A DNA stretch of 64,000 nt from Thermoanaerobaculia bacterium. GTDB lineage: Bacteria; Acidobacteriota; Thermoanaerobaculia; Multivoradales; Multivoraceae. Below are positions 10,479 through 19,194 of the stretch, one piece after another. The notes beneath the pieces were generated by a model. The model saw only the letters and a program-made list of their open reading frames with translations, made no database searches and was not told the origin of the DNA. The stretch is taken from assembly GCA_963664405.1 (NCBI GenBank), contig OY761158.1:4096001-4160000 (forward strand), written 5' to 3'. Numbering within the stretch: the first letter of the stretch is position 1; each line of letters begins with the position of its first letter. A program made the position numbers and the translations under genes.

Positions 10479-10853
10479 ATGCCTGCGGAAATCCCCTACG
10501 AACTGAAGGTCGAGGTCGACAAAGCACCGCGCCCGAAGGATCCGAAGCAGCTGGCGGTGATCGATCAGATCGGTTGTACCGGCTGTGAGGCTTGCATCGC
10601 GTTCTGTCCCGTCGATTGCATCGAGATCGTCCCTGGTCCTGAGCACCCTGACTTCATGAAGCTGGTCGAAATAGACCTTGCGAGGTGCATCGGCTGCCAG
10701 CTTTGTGCCCGCTACTGTCCCTGGGAAACGATCGACATGTGGGGCTACGAAGAAGGCCTTGCTCTGGCCCCTGGAAAGACCGTGCGATCCCTCCTTTACG
10801 ACTACGATCCACTGGAGATGCACGAGGCCGCCGAGGCCCGCGCACAAGGGTGA
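10479..10853 (+). CDS. 2x[4Fe-4S] ferredoxin
   Basis: CTGCEACIAFCP and CIGCQLCARYCP. Confidence 0.92.
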   Translation: MPAEIPYELKVEVDKAPRPKDPKQLAVIDQIGCTGCEACIAFCPVDCIEIVPGPEHPDFMKLVEIDLARCIGCQLCARYCPWETIDMWGYEEGLALAPGKTVRSLLYDYDPLEMHEAAEARAQG

Positions 10854-11251
10854 GCGCGGCGGGTCCCGGTTCCGACCCCCAACTCGAGAATGCTCTGAAG
10901 GGGGTGCTCGAGGTCATCTACAAGGACCATCCGCTGAAGGCGAATCAGATTCTCGTTCTCTCGGCGGAGCTGCAGCGGATCGGGGTACATCGGCTCGTCG
11001 AAGAGCACCTCGAGAAGTTCAAGCGACGGATGGAGTAGCCCGTCAGGCGGCTCTCTTAGGGAGCGTCTCGAACAGTTGGTTCGCGAGCTGACCGAGGCGC
11101 AACTGGAGATGGAGAAGGCCCTGGTCGAAACCACTCTGCGTTCACGAGAGCTGCTCGGTCCGGTACAGGAGCGTCGCTATTTGCGTTTCCTGGATTCGTG
11201 GGTGAATGCCCAGAGACCACCCCGCCCAGAGGGCCCCAGACACGGCACTAG
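10850..11251 (+). pseudogene. Probable frameshifted small helical protein gene (weak Spy/CpxP-like resemblance), or two small ORFs
   Basis: GTG at 10850 overlaps the ferredoxin stop; the frame closes at 11038 but coding-like sequence (LRERLEQLVRELTEAQLEMEKALVE...) continues in the +1 frame; 3' end uncertain. Confidence 0.4.
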
Positions 11252-13677
11252 CCCTTTTCTTCGGAGCTCGAGCTCTCACTCGCGAAGAAAGACCGGGCGA
11301 TGGCCGCGGGATCGCCGACCAGTCCCTGAGGCCCCTCCTCGGGGATCCATTCGGCTGGGAGATGGCGCAGATAGGGTTGCTGAAGAAAGCGCTGATCCAT
11401 GAGCGCTATGACTCCGCGATCCAGGTCTGAACGAATGAGCCTGCCTGCCGCCTGGACCACACGCGTTACTCCGGGTACGACGTATGCGTATTCGAAGCCG
11501 CGCCCGAAGCGCTCCTCATAGTGGCGTTGGAGGAGCCGCTGCTCGAGACTGACGGCGGGAAGACAGGGGCTGATGATGACGACCGCTTTCAGCATCTCGC
11601 CAGGGTAGTCGACTCCCTCGGCAAAGACCCCTCCTGCGACCGAAAGGAGGAGAACTCTGCCGAAGAGCGAGCTCTTGAGCTGGTCGAGTATGGCCTCCCT
11701 CTGCTCGGCAGAGTCGCTTCGCTTTTGCACGATGACGTCGTGACCCACGCCCGGAAGAATCTGGGCGACCCGCTCGAGAAAACCGTAGCTCGGAAACAGC
11801 GCCAGACAGTTTCCTGGCACCTCGCGTACGAAATCGGCCAGGCGCTCGGCGATGCGCGGATAGTTCTGCTCGCGTTGGCGCCAAGTCGTCGCGACACTCG
11901 TGTCGATGACGATCCGGCGGTTCTCCCTGGGGAAGGGTCCAGGCACCGAGAGGGTCGAGGCGCGCTCCGGATCGAAGCCGAGGAGCTCGCGGTAGAACTC
12001 CTCCGGCGAGAGTGTTGCCGACAGCGCGATGGTGGCGTGAGCTCGGTTGATGACGGCTCCGAGAAAACGGCTGGCGTCGGAACAGACTATTTTCAGGCTT
12101 GCATCCCCCGCGCTGCGCTTCACCAGCACCGTGAAGGAGGAGTCGGCGGCGGCCGCGGCGTTGAGAAAGCGAACGAAGGCGAAGTAGAGAGAGACGAAGG
12201 GCTCCTCCGTGCTAAAGCTTCGCGTCTCTCGGCGATGCTCGAGGTAGGCAACAAAGGCTTGGTCGAGAGCCGGCCGCAGAGCCCACAGGTCGTCCTCCGG
12301 CAGCTGGATCTCGGCTCCCTCGTCGCGCTCTCCGGCAGGTAGCCACTCCGCCTCCTCGTCGCTGATGAGCTTCGCCAACTGGCCGGCCAGGTCGCGTATC
12401 TGCGCCGCCAGGTCGCCAACCTGGAGCCTCCACTCCTCCAGCACGTCGAGGACCAGCTGTCGGCTGAGCTCGGGGCTGTAGTAGCCGCGACCCCGATCTA
12501 CCAGATTGTGGGCTTCGTCGATGACCAGGATGATGTCGCTGAGGTCGTTTGCAGCCCTAAACTCGTTGAGCGCGACGTAGGGGTCGAAGACATAGTTGTA
12601 GTCGCAGACGATCGCTTGTACTTCACGGACGAGCTCTAAACTGACTTCGAAGGGGCAGATCTCACAGCCTGAAGCGGCATCGAAAACCACGTCGGGCCGG
12701 AGATCCGGGTGCTCGGCGACCAGGCGCTGGACGACGCCGCTCGAGTGCAGCTTGAGAAAGTAGTCGCGGGCGTAGCCGCAGTACTCCTCGTGGCACAAGA
12801 GCTCGTGGTTCGCGCACATTCGAGCCTTCGCTCGCAATTGAAGGGAGCTGAAGGCCGCCTCTGGGTTCAACAGCTCGAGCACTTTGCCAGCCATCTCTTG
12901 CTGTAGGTTCTTGGCGGTGAGCAGGAAGACCCTCTTGTCGTGGAGCTGAGCGAATCGCAGCACCGGATAGAGCACGGCCGCGGTCTTGCCGAGACCGGTG
13001 GGGGCCTCGACGAAGAGATGCTCGGCATCGTGGAGCGCCTGGTCGACGCGCGCGATGATGTCCTCTTGGCCGAGCCTCTTTTCGGCGTACGGAAAGTCCA
13101 TTCGGGCGGCGGCGGTGTGACGTTCTTGGCGTGAGCGTCTTCGCTTCTCGCGGTCGGCGATAAGACGGCCGAGGCGTCGATGGACCGCGACCTCGACGTT
13201 GCGCGACTTCGCCTCGAGACGGAAGCGCTCGATCTGGTTGCTGCCGATCTCGATCAGCACCAGCTCGGCGAGGACGGGCTCGTTCTCGGTTTGTTCGAGC
13301 ATCCAGACGTAGATCGCAGCCTGTCTCTCGTAGGCCTCCCGAAGCGCTGGCGCGAGAACCCCTGAGCGTCGAACCGACTTGATCTCTTCGACGATGAGGC
13401 CGCCGGCCTCATCGCGGCGCAGACCGTCGGCGCGTCCGTTGAGACGCACCTCCCACCCCTTGAAGGTGAGCTCGAGATCGAGCCAAACCTCGCTACGGTA
13501 GGTATCGTCTTCAGCAAGCGCACGGTTCTGATAGGCAGAGTGGATGGCCTGGCCGAGCCACATGCGCTCGAAACCGCCGCGGTTCGAGAAGCCGAGGCTC
13601 CCTCGCTGCTCTCGCTCGAGAAGGTCGGCGACGGAAAGGCGGAGGCTCCTCGCGTCGTCGTCAAAGCGGACGCTCAC
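11248..13677 (-). CDS. DinG/XPD-family Fe-S DNA helicase with N-terminal PD-(D/E)XK nuclease-like domain
   Basis: N-terminal GRADG...EEIKS...Q..IY; EAPTGLGKT, four Fe-S Cys, DEAH, ALSATL, FAEGVD and QAAGRLIR. Confidence 0.9.
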   Translation of the reverse strand: MSVRFDDDARSLRLSVADLLEREQRGSLGFSNRGGFERMWLGQAIHSAYQNRALAEDDTYRSEVWLDLELTFKGWEVRLNGRADGLRRDEAGGLIVEEIKSVRRSGVLAPALREAYERQAAIYVWMLEQTENEPVLAELVLIEIGSNQIERFRLEAKSRNVEVAVHRRLGRLIADREKRRRSRQERHTAAARMDFPYAEKRLGQEDIIARVDQALHDAEHLFVEAPTGLGKTAAVLYPVLRFAQLHDKRVFLLTAKNLQQEMAGKVLELLNPEAAFSSLQLRAKARMCANHELLCHEEYCGYARDYFLKLHSSGVVQRLVAEHPDLRPDVVFDAASGCEICPFEVSLELVREVQAIVCDYNYVFDPYVALNEFRAANDLSDIILVIDEAHNLVDRGRGYYSPELSRQLVLDVLEEWRLQVGDLAAQIRDLAGQLAKLISDEEAEWLPAGERDEGAEIQLPEDDLWALRPALDQAFVAYLEHRRETRSFSTEEPFVSLYFAFVRFLNAAAAADSSFTVLVKRSAGDASLKIVCSDASRFLGAVINRAHATIALSATLSPEEFYRELLGFDPERASTLSVPGPFPRENRRIVIDTSVATTWRQREQNYPRIAERLADFVREVPGNCLALFPSYGFLERVAQILPGVGHDVIVQKRSDSAEQREAILDQLKSSLFGRVLLLSVAGGVFAEGVDYPGEMLKAVVIISPCLPAVSLEQRLLQRHYEERFGRGFEYAYVVPGVTRVVQAAGRLIRSDLDRGVIALMDQRFLQQPYLRHLPAEWIPEEGPQGLVGDPAAIARSFFASESSSSEEKG

Positions 13678-13684
13678 CGGCGCA

Positions 13685-13712
13685 GTATAGGGGCTGCTGT
13701 ATAGGGGCTGCT
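13685..13712. repeat. Perfect 14-bp tandem duplication GTATAGGGGCTGCT x2 in the divergent helicase/hflK promoter region
   Basis: Read directly: 13685-13698 equals 13699-13712. Confidence 0.9.
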
Positions 13713-13740
13713 TGCCTTTCTCGGAGGGGTTGGCTAGCCT
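13712..13740 (+). promoter_or_regulatory. Sigma70-type promoter of hflK (probably leaderless)
   Basis: TTGCCT-N17-TAGCCT; ATG 7 nt downstream of the -10; SD-like GGAGG lies upstream of the predicted TSS. Confidence 0.55.
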
Positions 13741-13747
13741 GGTGGCA

Positions 13748-14773
13748 ATGCCATTCGAAACAAGAGGGCCAGCGGGAGGTCCTAAAATCGAGCTTCCCGA
13801 TTTCTCCCGCCTCACCAAGAACCTGGGCTCGCTGCGATGGATCGTGGTCGTGGTGGTTATCGTCCTGGTGTTGATGACCAGTTTCTACACCGTCGAGCCT
13901 GAGGAGGTCGCCGTCGTTTTGCGCCTCGGCAAATTGGTCCGTGAGGAGTCCCCTGGCTTGCACTTCAAGCTTCCTTTCAATATCGAGCGCCAGATCAAGG
14001 TGCCGATCCAGCGCCAACTCAAGGCGGAGTTCGGATTTCGCACCGTGCGTGCGGCGGTCGACAGTGAGTTCACCACGCGGGGTCTGGGCGTCGAGTCGAG
14101 CATGCTCACCGGCGACCTCAATGCTGCCGTGGTCGAGTGGGTGGTCCAGTACCGCATCGCCGAGGCAGAGAAGTACTTGTTCCGAGTTCGCGAGGTCGAA
14201 GATACCTTCCGCGACATGAGCGAGGCGTCGATGCGAGCTGTCGTGGGCGACCGCACGGTCAACGAGGTCATCACCGTCGGCCGTCAGGAGATCGAAGATC
14301 AGGTCAAAATCGTGCTGCAAGACCTCTGTGACGAGTACCAGACTGGAATCCGGGTCGACCGCGTCGTGCTCCAGAGTGTCAACCCTCCCGATCCGGTCAA
14401 GGCCTCTTTCAACGAGGTCAATCAGGCCGAGCAGGAGAAGGAGAGGCTTATCAACGAAGCTCAAGCGCAGGCGAATCAGATCATCCCGAGAGCGCGAGGT
14501 GAGGCCCAGCGAACCGTTCAGGAGGCCGAGGGCTACGCTCTCGACAGGGTCAACCGGGCGGAGGGTGATGCAAATCGATTCCGTGCCTTCTTCGAGGAAT
14601 ACCGAAAGGCGCCAGAGGTGACGCGGCAGCGTCTCTATCTCGAGACCCTCGGCGAAGTGCTGCCCAAGGCGGGCCGTAAACTAGTGATCGATGATTCGAT
14701 AGACGGGCTCTTGCCCCTACTCAATCTCGACGGCGCGGGCCTATCGGCGGCCCTGCAGGGAGAAGATCGATGA
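13748..14773 (+). CDS. hflK: FtsH modulator HflK
   Basis: SPFH domain with N-terminal TM, MLTGDLN, APEVTRQRLYLET. Confidence 0.95.
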   Translation: MPFETRGPAGGPKIELPDFSRLTKNLGSLRWIVVVVVIVLVLMTSFYTVEPEEVAVVLRLGKLVREESPGLHFKLPFNIERQIKVPIQRQLKAEFGFRTVRAAVDSEFTTRGLGVESSMLTGDLNAAVVEWVVQYRIAEAEKYLFRVREVEDTFRDMSEASMRAVVGDRTVNEVITVGRQEIEDQVKIVLQDLCDEYQTGIRVDRVVLQSVNPPDPVKASFNEVNQAEQEKERLINEAQAQANQIIPRARGEAQRTVQEAEGYALDRVNRAEGDANRFRAFFEEYRKAPEVTRQRLYLETLGEVLPKAGRKLVIDDSIDGLLPLLNLDGAGLSAALQGEDR

Positions 14774-15705
14774 AGCGCGGAATTCTCATAGGCATCGTCC
14801 TCGGTGCTCTTCTTCTCAGTCAAGCGTTGTACGTCGTCAACGAATGGGAGCAGGTGATCCTCACCCAGTTTGGTCGTCCGATTGGCGATCCGGTGGACAC
14901 GCCTGGCCTCAAGTTTCGGATCCCGTTCATTCAGGATGTGCATCGCTTCGACCGGCGCTTTCTAGAGTGGTCGGGCGAGCCTGAAGAGCTTCCTACCAGC
15001 GACAAGGTGTTCATCTGGGTCGACGTCTATGCACGCTGGCGCATTAGCGATCCTCTCAGGTTTCTCGAAAACCTGCGTGGGGAGGAGGATCGGGCTCAGA
15101 CGGTGCTCGACGACATTCTCGATGGTGAGACTCGCAACGCGGTGGCCAAGCACAGACTTCTCGAAGTGATTCGCTCTACCAACCGAGAGGCCGCGATCGA
15201 CCCCACCCAGACCGATATCCAGGTTTCGCTCGAAGCGATCGAGTTGGGCAGAGGCGCCATCAGTCGCGAGATACTCCTGGAAGCCCAGGGCAAGACTTCC
15301 GAGCTCGGCATCGAGATCCTCGATGTGCAGTTTCGCCGCATCAATTATGGTGAGTCGGTGCGTCCGGACGTATACAACCGGATGATCTCCGAGCGGCGGC
15401 GGATCGCCGATCGCTTCCGCTCCGAGGGGCAGGGGGAGCAGGCCAACATTCTCGGCGAGATGGATCGCGACCTCAAGCTCATCCAGTCCGAGGCCTATCG
15501 CGAGGCGCAGACGATCATCGGCGATGCCGATGCCGAGGCTACCGGGATCTTCGCCGATGCCTACGACCAGTCCGCCGACTCTCGCAGCTTCTACGAGTTC
15601 CTCAAGACGATGGAGACTTTTCGGGCCACGGTGGCGAAAGATACGACGTTGATTCTCTCGACCGAAGGCGACTTCTATCGCTTTCTCAAGGGCAGCACGC
15701 CCTAG
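14770..15705 (+). CDS. hflC: FtsH modulator HflC
   Basis: SPFH domain, RMISERRRIADRFRSEG, FYEFLKTME; coupled to hflK. Confidence 0.95.
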   Translation: MKRGILIGIVLGALLLSQALYVVNEWEQVILTQFGRPIGDPVDTPGLKFRIPFIQDVHRFDRRFLEWSGEPEELPTSDKVFIWVDVYARWRISDPLRFLENLRGEEDRAQTVLDDILDGETRNAVAKHRLLEVIRSTNREAAIDPTQTDIQVSLEAIELGRGAISREILLEAQGKTSELGIEILDVQFRRINYGESVRPDVYNRMISERRRIADRFRSEGQGEQANILGEMDRDLKLIQSEAYREAQTIIGDADAEATGIFADAYDQSADSRSFYEFLKTMETFRATVAKDTTLILSTEGDFYRFLKGSTP

Positions 15706-15719
15706 AGACACAGGCTCCA

Positions 15720-16943
15720 TTGGATCGTTTCGTCGGGGTTCTCGGCCTTTTCGTACTGCTGGGCATAGCCTGGTGCCTGTCTACCAACCGCAGTCGCGTG
15801 AACTGGCGGTTGGTGGTCTTCGGCACCCTTTTACAGCTGTTCTTCGCCGTCCTCATTCTCAGAACAGCGATGGGACGGAGCGTCTTCGACGCCGCCGGCC
15901 GAATCGTGACTGCCTTTCTGGACTTTACGGACGAGGGCTCAGCTTTCATCTTCGGGGAGGGGTTTCGCGAGCACTTCATGGCCTTCAAGGTGCTCCCGAC
16001 AATTATCTTCTTCTCCAGTTTCATCACCGTCCTCTACTACCTGGGAGTGCTGCAGGTCCTCGTTCGGGGCTTCGCCTGGGTGATGATGAGGCTACTGCGG
16101 ACCTCGGGTGCGGAGTCACTCTCCGCCTCCGCGAACATCTTTGTCGGCCAGACCGAGGCGCCGCTCTTGATCCGTCCTTACGTCGCTCAGATGACCCAGT
16201 CCGAGCTGATGGCGGTCATGACCGGCGGCTTCGCGACGATTGCGGGCGGAGTTCTGGTGGCCTATGTGGAGCTGCTGCGCGAGAGCTTCCCCGACATCGC
16301 CGGCCACTTGTTGGCGGCGAGTGTGATGTCCGCGCCGGCGGCACTGGTGATGGCCAAGCTGATGATACCGGAGACTGAGGAGAGCCTCACCGCCGGGGAA
16401 GTGAGAGTGGAAGTGGAGCGGCCGTGGGCCAATGTGATCGACGCTGCCGCCGACGGAGCCGGCGCGGGACTGAAGCTCGCGCTGAATGTTGCCGCCATGC
16501 TCCTCGCGTTTCTCGGGCTGTTGGCCCTCATCAACGCGATGCTGGGCTGGGCGGGCGGACTTGTGGGCTTTCCACAGCTGACCTTGGACTGGATCCTCGG
16601 CGTCCTCTTCAGTCCGCTGGCGTGGGTGATGGGAGTACCGTGGTCGGAGGCTCGGGACGTCGGCGCCCTTCTCGGCCTCAAGACCGGGGCGAACGAGTTC
16701 GTCGCCTACACTCGAATGGGAGAGATGTTGGCCGAAGGTGGCCTCTCTGAGCGCTCGCAGGTCATTTCCGCGTACGCGCTCTGCGGTTTCGCCAACTTTT
16801 CATCGATTGCGATCCAGATCGGCGGCATCGGTGGCATCGCGCCTGAGCGAAGGTCGGATATTGCCAAATTGGGAATGAGAGCGATGGTTGCTGGGTCACT
16901 GGCGTGCTTCCAGACCGCCACCATCGCCGGCCTCCTGCTCTAA
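15720..16943 (+). CDS. nupC: Concentrative nucleoside transporter (CNT/NupC family)
   Basis: VLPTIIFFS, NIFVGQTEAPL, GFATIAG, NEFVAY and YALCGFANFSSIAIQIG. Confidence 0.93.
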   Translation: MDRFVGVLGLFVLLGIAWCLSTNRSRVNWRLVVFGTLLQLFFAVLILRTAMGRSVFDAAGRIVTAFLDFTDEGSAFIFGEGFREHFMAFKVLPTIIFFSSFITVLYYLGVLQVLVRGFAWVMMRLLRTSGAESLSASANIFVGQTEAPLLIRPYVAQMTQSELMAVMTGGFATIAGGVLVAYVELLRESFPDIAGHLLAASVMSAPAALVMAKLMIPETEESLTAGEVRVEVERPWANVIDAAADGAGAGLKLALNVAAMLLAFLGLLALINAMLGWAGGLVGFPQLTLDWILGVLFSPLAWVMGVPWSEARDVGALLGLKTGANEFVAYTRMGEMLAEGGLSERSQVISAYALCGFANFSSIAIQIGGIGGIAPERRSDIAKLGMRAMVAGSLACFQTATIAGLLL

Positions 16944-16954
16944 GGCTCAGAGCG

Positions 16955-18184
16955 ATGAGGCAAGCCCCCTCAGGCATATCCTTCAGTGATCTGGTCAAGA
17001 GCGCGGAACGACTGGTCGACACCATACCTCATAGGGATGACCTCTCCCGGCTGGTGTTGGAGCTGAGTGCGGCGATCACCAACGAGCTCGGCGCGCGGCT
17101 GGGGGTCACCGGTGGCCGAGTTTATGAGCGGGTCGAGGGAGGAGGCGCTTACGGGCTGGTTGACTCTTTCGGTCGCGCGAGCTCGCCCGAAGACCCACCC
17201 CTGCTCTTGCGTGACTATCCGCCGGTCGAGACCTGCTGCCTCGAAGGCGTCGTGTACATGGAATCCGACGACCCGAGTCTCGACCGTGAGCTGGAGAATG
17301 CTCTTGGTGTTGGGCGTTTCGCGGCTATCGAGGTCGATGGCGAAGAGTTTCTGCTCGCCTTCGATCTGGACGAAGAGCAGGATCGTGAAGGTTCGCTGCT
17401 CTCTTTGGGCATTCTTCGTTACGCCATCAACCAGAAGATCCGTCGCGAGCGCATGGACGACGTGCTGCGTCAGGCGAGAGATATCCAGTCGTCGATTCTG
17501 CCGCGCCGCGTACCTGCCTACGGGAGCTTCGACGTGGCCGGGCGAAACGACCCGCTCGAAACGGTAGGAGGGGACTTCTACGACTTCATTCCCATCTCCG
17601 ACAAGATTCTGGGTGTGGCGATCGCCGACGTCTGCGGGCATGGACTTCCGGCCGCCTTGCAGGTGCGTGACATCTACGTCGGCATGCGTATGGGTCTGGG
17701 GCGCGACTACAAAATCGTACGCACGGTCGAACGGCTCAACGGGATCATTCACCAGAGCATTCTCACCTCTCGTTTCGTGTCCATGTTCTATGGCGAGCTC
17801 GAGCTGAACGGTAACTTCCTCTATGTCAACGCGGGTCATCCACCGCCCTTTCATCTCAGCGCCGCCGGTGAGGTGAGCTTTCTGGAGTCCGGTGGCGTGG
17901 TGCTTGGCCCGGTCCCCGACGCCACCTATGAACGAGGGTTTGTCGCCCTCTCTCCAGGGGACCTGCTGGTGCTCTACACCGACGGCATCGTCGAGGCCGT
18001 CGGTGCCGCCGAGGAAGAGTACGGTGTCGACAGGATCGTTAGTGTTGCTCGGCGTCATCGACTCGGATCTTCCCAGGAGATCGTCGACAGTGTCTTTAGC
18101 GATGTCGAGAGTTTCAGTACCGACGATCAAGCGTCGGACGATCGCACGGTCGTGGTCGTGCGTTATCCGGAACTGAGCTCGTAA
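16955..18184 (+). CDS. PP2C/SpoIIE-family (RsbU-like) phosphatase with GAF-like N-terminus
   Basis: VGGDFYD, ADVCGHG, NAGHPPP, YTDG and DDRT motifs. Confidence 0.9.
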   Translation: MRQAPSGISFSDLVKSAERLVDTIPHRDDLSRLVLELSAAITNELGARLGVTGGRVYERVEGGGAYGLVDSFGRASSPEDPPLLLRDYPPVETCCLEGVVYMESDDPSLDRELENALGVGRFAAIEVDGEEFLLAFDLDEEQDREGSLLSLGILRYAINQKIRRERMDDVLRQARDIQSSILPRRVPAYGSFDVAGRNDPLETVGGDFYDFIPISDKILGVAIADVCGHGLPAALQVRDIYVGMRMGLGRDYKIVRTVERLNGIIHQSILTSRFVSMFYGELELNGNFLYVNAGHPPPFHLSAAGEVSFLESGGVVLGPVPDATYERGFVALSPGDLLVLYTDGIVEAVGAAEEEYGVDRIVSVARRHRLGSSQEIVDSVFSDVESFSTDDQASDDRTVVVVRYPELSS

Positions 18185-18247
18185 GAGGAGAGTCTCCCCG
18201 CGCGAGGGAGCTGTTCCGCCGCGAGAGCTCGCTGCGGTCAACTAGGA

Positions 18248-18415
18248 CTAGTGGACCGTAACACCCAAACGTTTAGCGCCTGAGCGGCCCTCGCGGCCGA
18301 TCTCTGCGTTACGCTTCCTCGACATAGTCCCCGCTATGCCTGCGTCAGCGCGCCTTGATCTCGACCCCGAATGACTCACTCAGCCACTAAACGTTCGAGT
18401 GTTACGGTCCACTAG
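18248..18415. mobile_element. Repeat family A copy 2 (168 bp)
   Basis: Near-identical to 1433-1600, same orientation, CTAG ends, between convergent genes. Confidence 0.9.
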
Positions 18416-18439
18416 GAGTCCGCGCGGCAGGACTCCGGA

Positions 18440-18505
18440 TGCGCCGTCCTCGGCGCCATGAGCAACTAGGCGGAGCAAATGATACTCATCATTTGTAGAG
18501 CCTAG
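18440..18505. repeat. Repeat family D copy 1: GCGCCG hairpin plus 40-bp CTAG-ended palindrome
   Basis: CTAGGCGGAGCAAATGAT-ACTC-ATCATTTGTAGAGCCTAG at 18466-18505; inverted homologue at 46057-46123. Confidence 0.8.
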
Positions 18506-19194
18506 CCCTTGCGAGCGCTGACTACCAGCTCCTGTCGCAGCTTGACGACAGTATCGGCATCGTAGATCCCCGAGCGCAGCTGAACGAGTGGGTAGATATC
18601 CGTTCGGCGCCCGACGATGACGCCGGGATGCAGAACGCAGTTACATCCCGTATTGACTCCGTCGCCGAGGATGGCTCCAAGCTTGCGCCGACCGGTGGCG
18701 AGCGGGCCGCCGGCGGTCTTGATCGTGACCTCGCCACCATCGTGCCGGAAGTTCGAGAGGACGGTGCCGGCACCAAGGTTGACAGAGGCGCCGAGGATGG
18801 AGTCGCCGACGTAATTGAGGTGGGGCGCTTTGGCACCCGGAAGCAGAATCGAGCGCTTGATCTCGGTATTCGCGCCGATCGTGCAGCCGTCGCCGATCCA
18901 CACACCGGCGCGGAGGTAGGCGCCAGTGCGTATGTCGACGTCTTCTCCGATGAACAGAGGCCCCTCGAGCATGGCTCCAGGGGCGACTCGCGTACCTCGT
19001 CCGATCACGATCCGATCACCGACGAGGTGGGCGTCGGGAGTGAGGCCTACTTCGATTCGCTCGGAAGGCAGGTCGGCGAGGAGAGAGTCGAGGGGTGCTT
19101 CGAGGAGCGCCCAGGGCGCCTCGGGGTCCCACGCCGCGGCGAAGGGTGGAGGGAGCTCGTGGAAGAGATCGGGCAGGGCGAGGCCTGGGCTCAA
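18502..19194 (-). CDS. Hexapeptide-repeat (left-handed beta-helix) transferase, GlmU C-terminal-like
   Basis: Hexapeptide repeats, APHLNYVGDSILG, NLGAGT and TGRRKLGAILGD. Confidence 0.85.
   Translation of the reverse strand: MSPGLALPDLFHELPPPFAAAWDPEAPWALLEAPLDSLLADLPSERIEVGLTPDAHLVGDRIVIGRGTRVAPGAMLEGPLFIGEDVDIRTGAYLRAGVWIGDGCTIGANTEIKRSILLPGAKAPHLNYVGDSILGASVNLGAGTVLSNFRHDGGEVTIKTAGGPLATGRRKLGAILGDGVNTGCNCVLHPGVIVGRRTDIYPLVQLRSGIYDADTVVKLRQELVVSARKG

Noticed and set aside
11248-13677. Type IV CRISPR CasDinG or Cas4 locus
   Set aside because: No csf/cas genes or array; housekeeping context.
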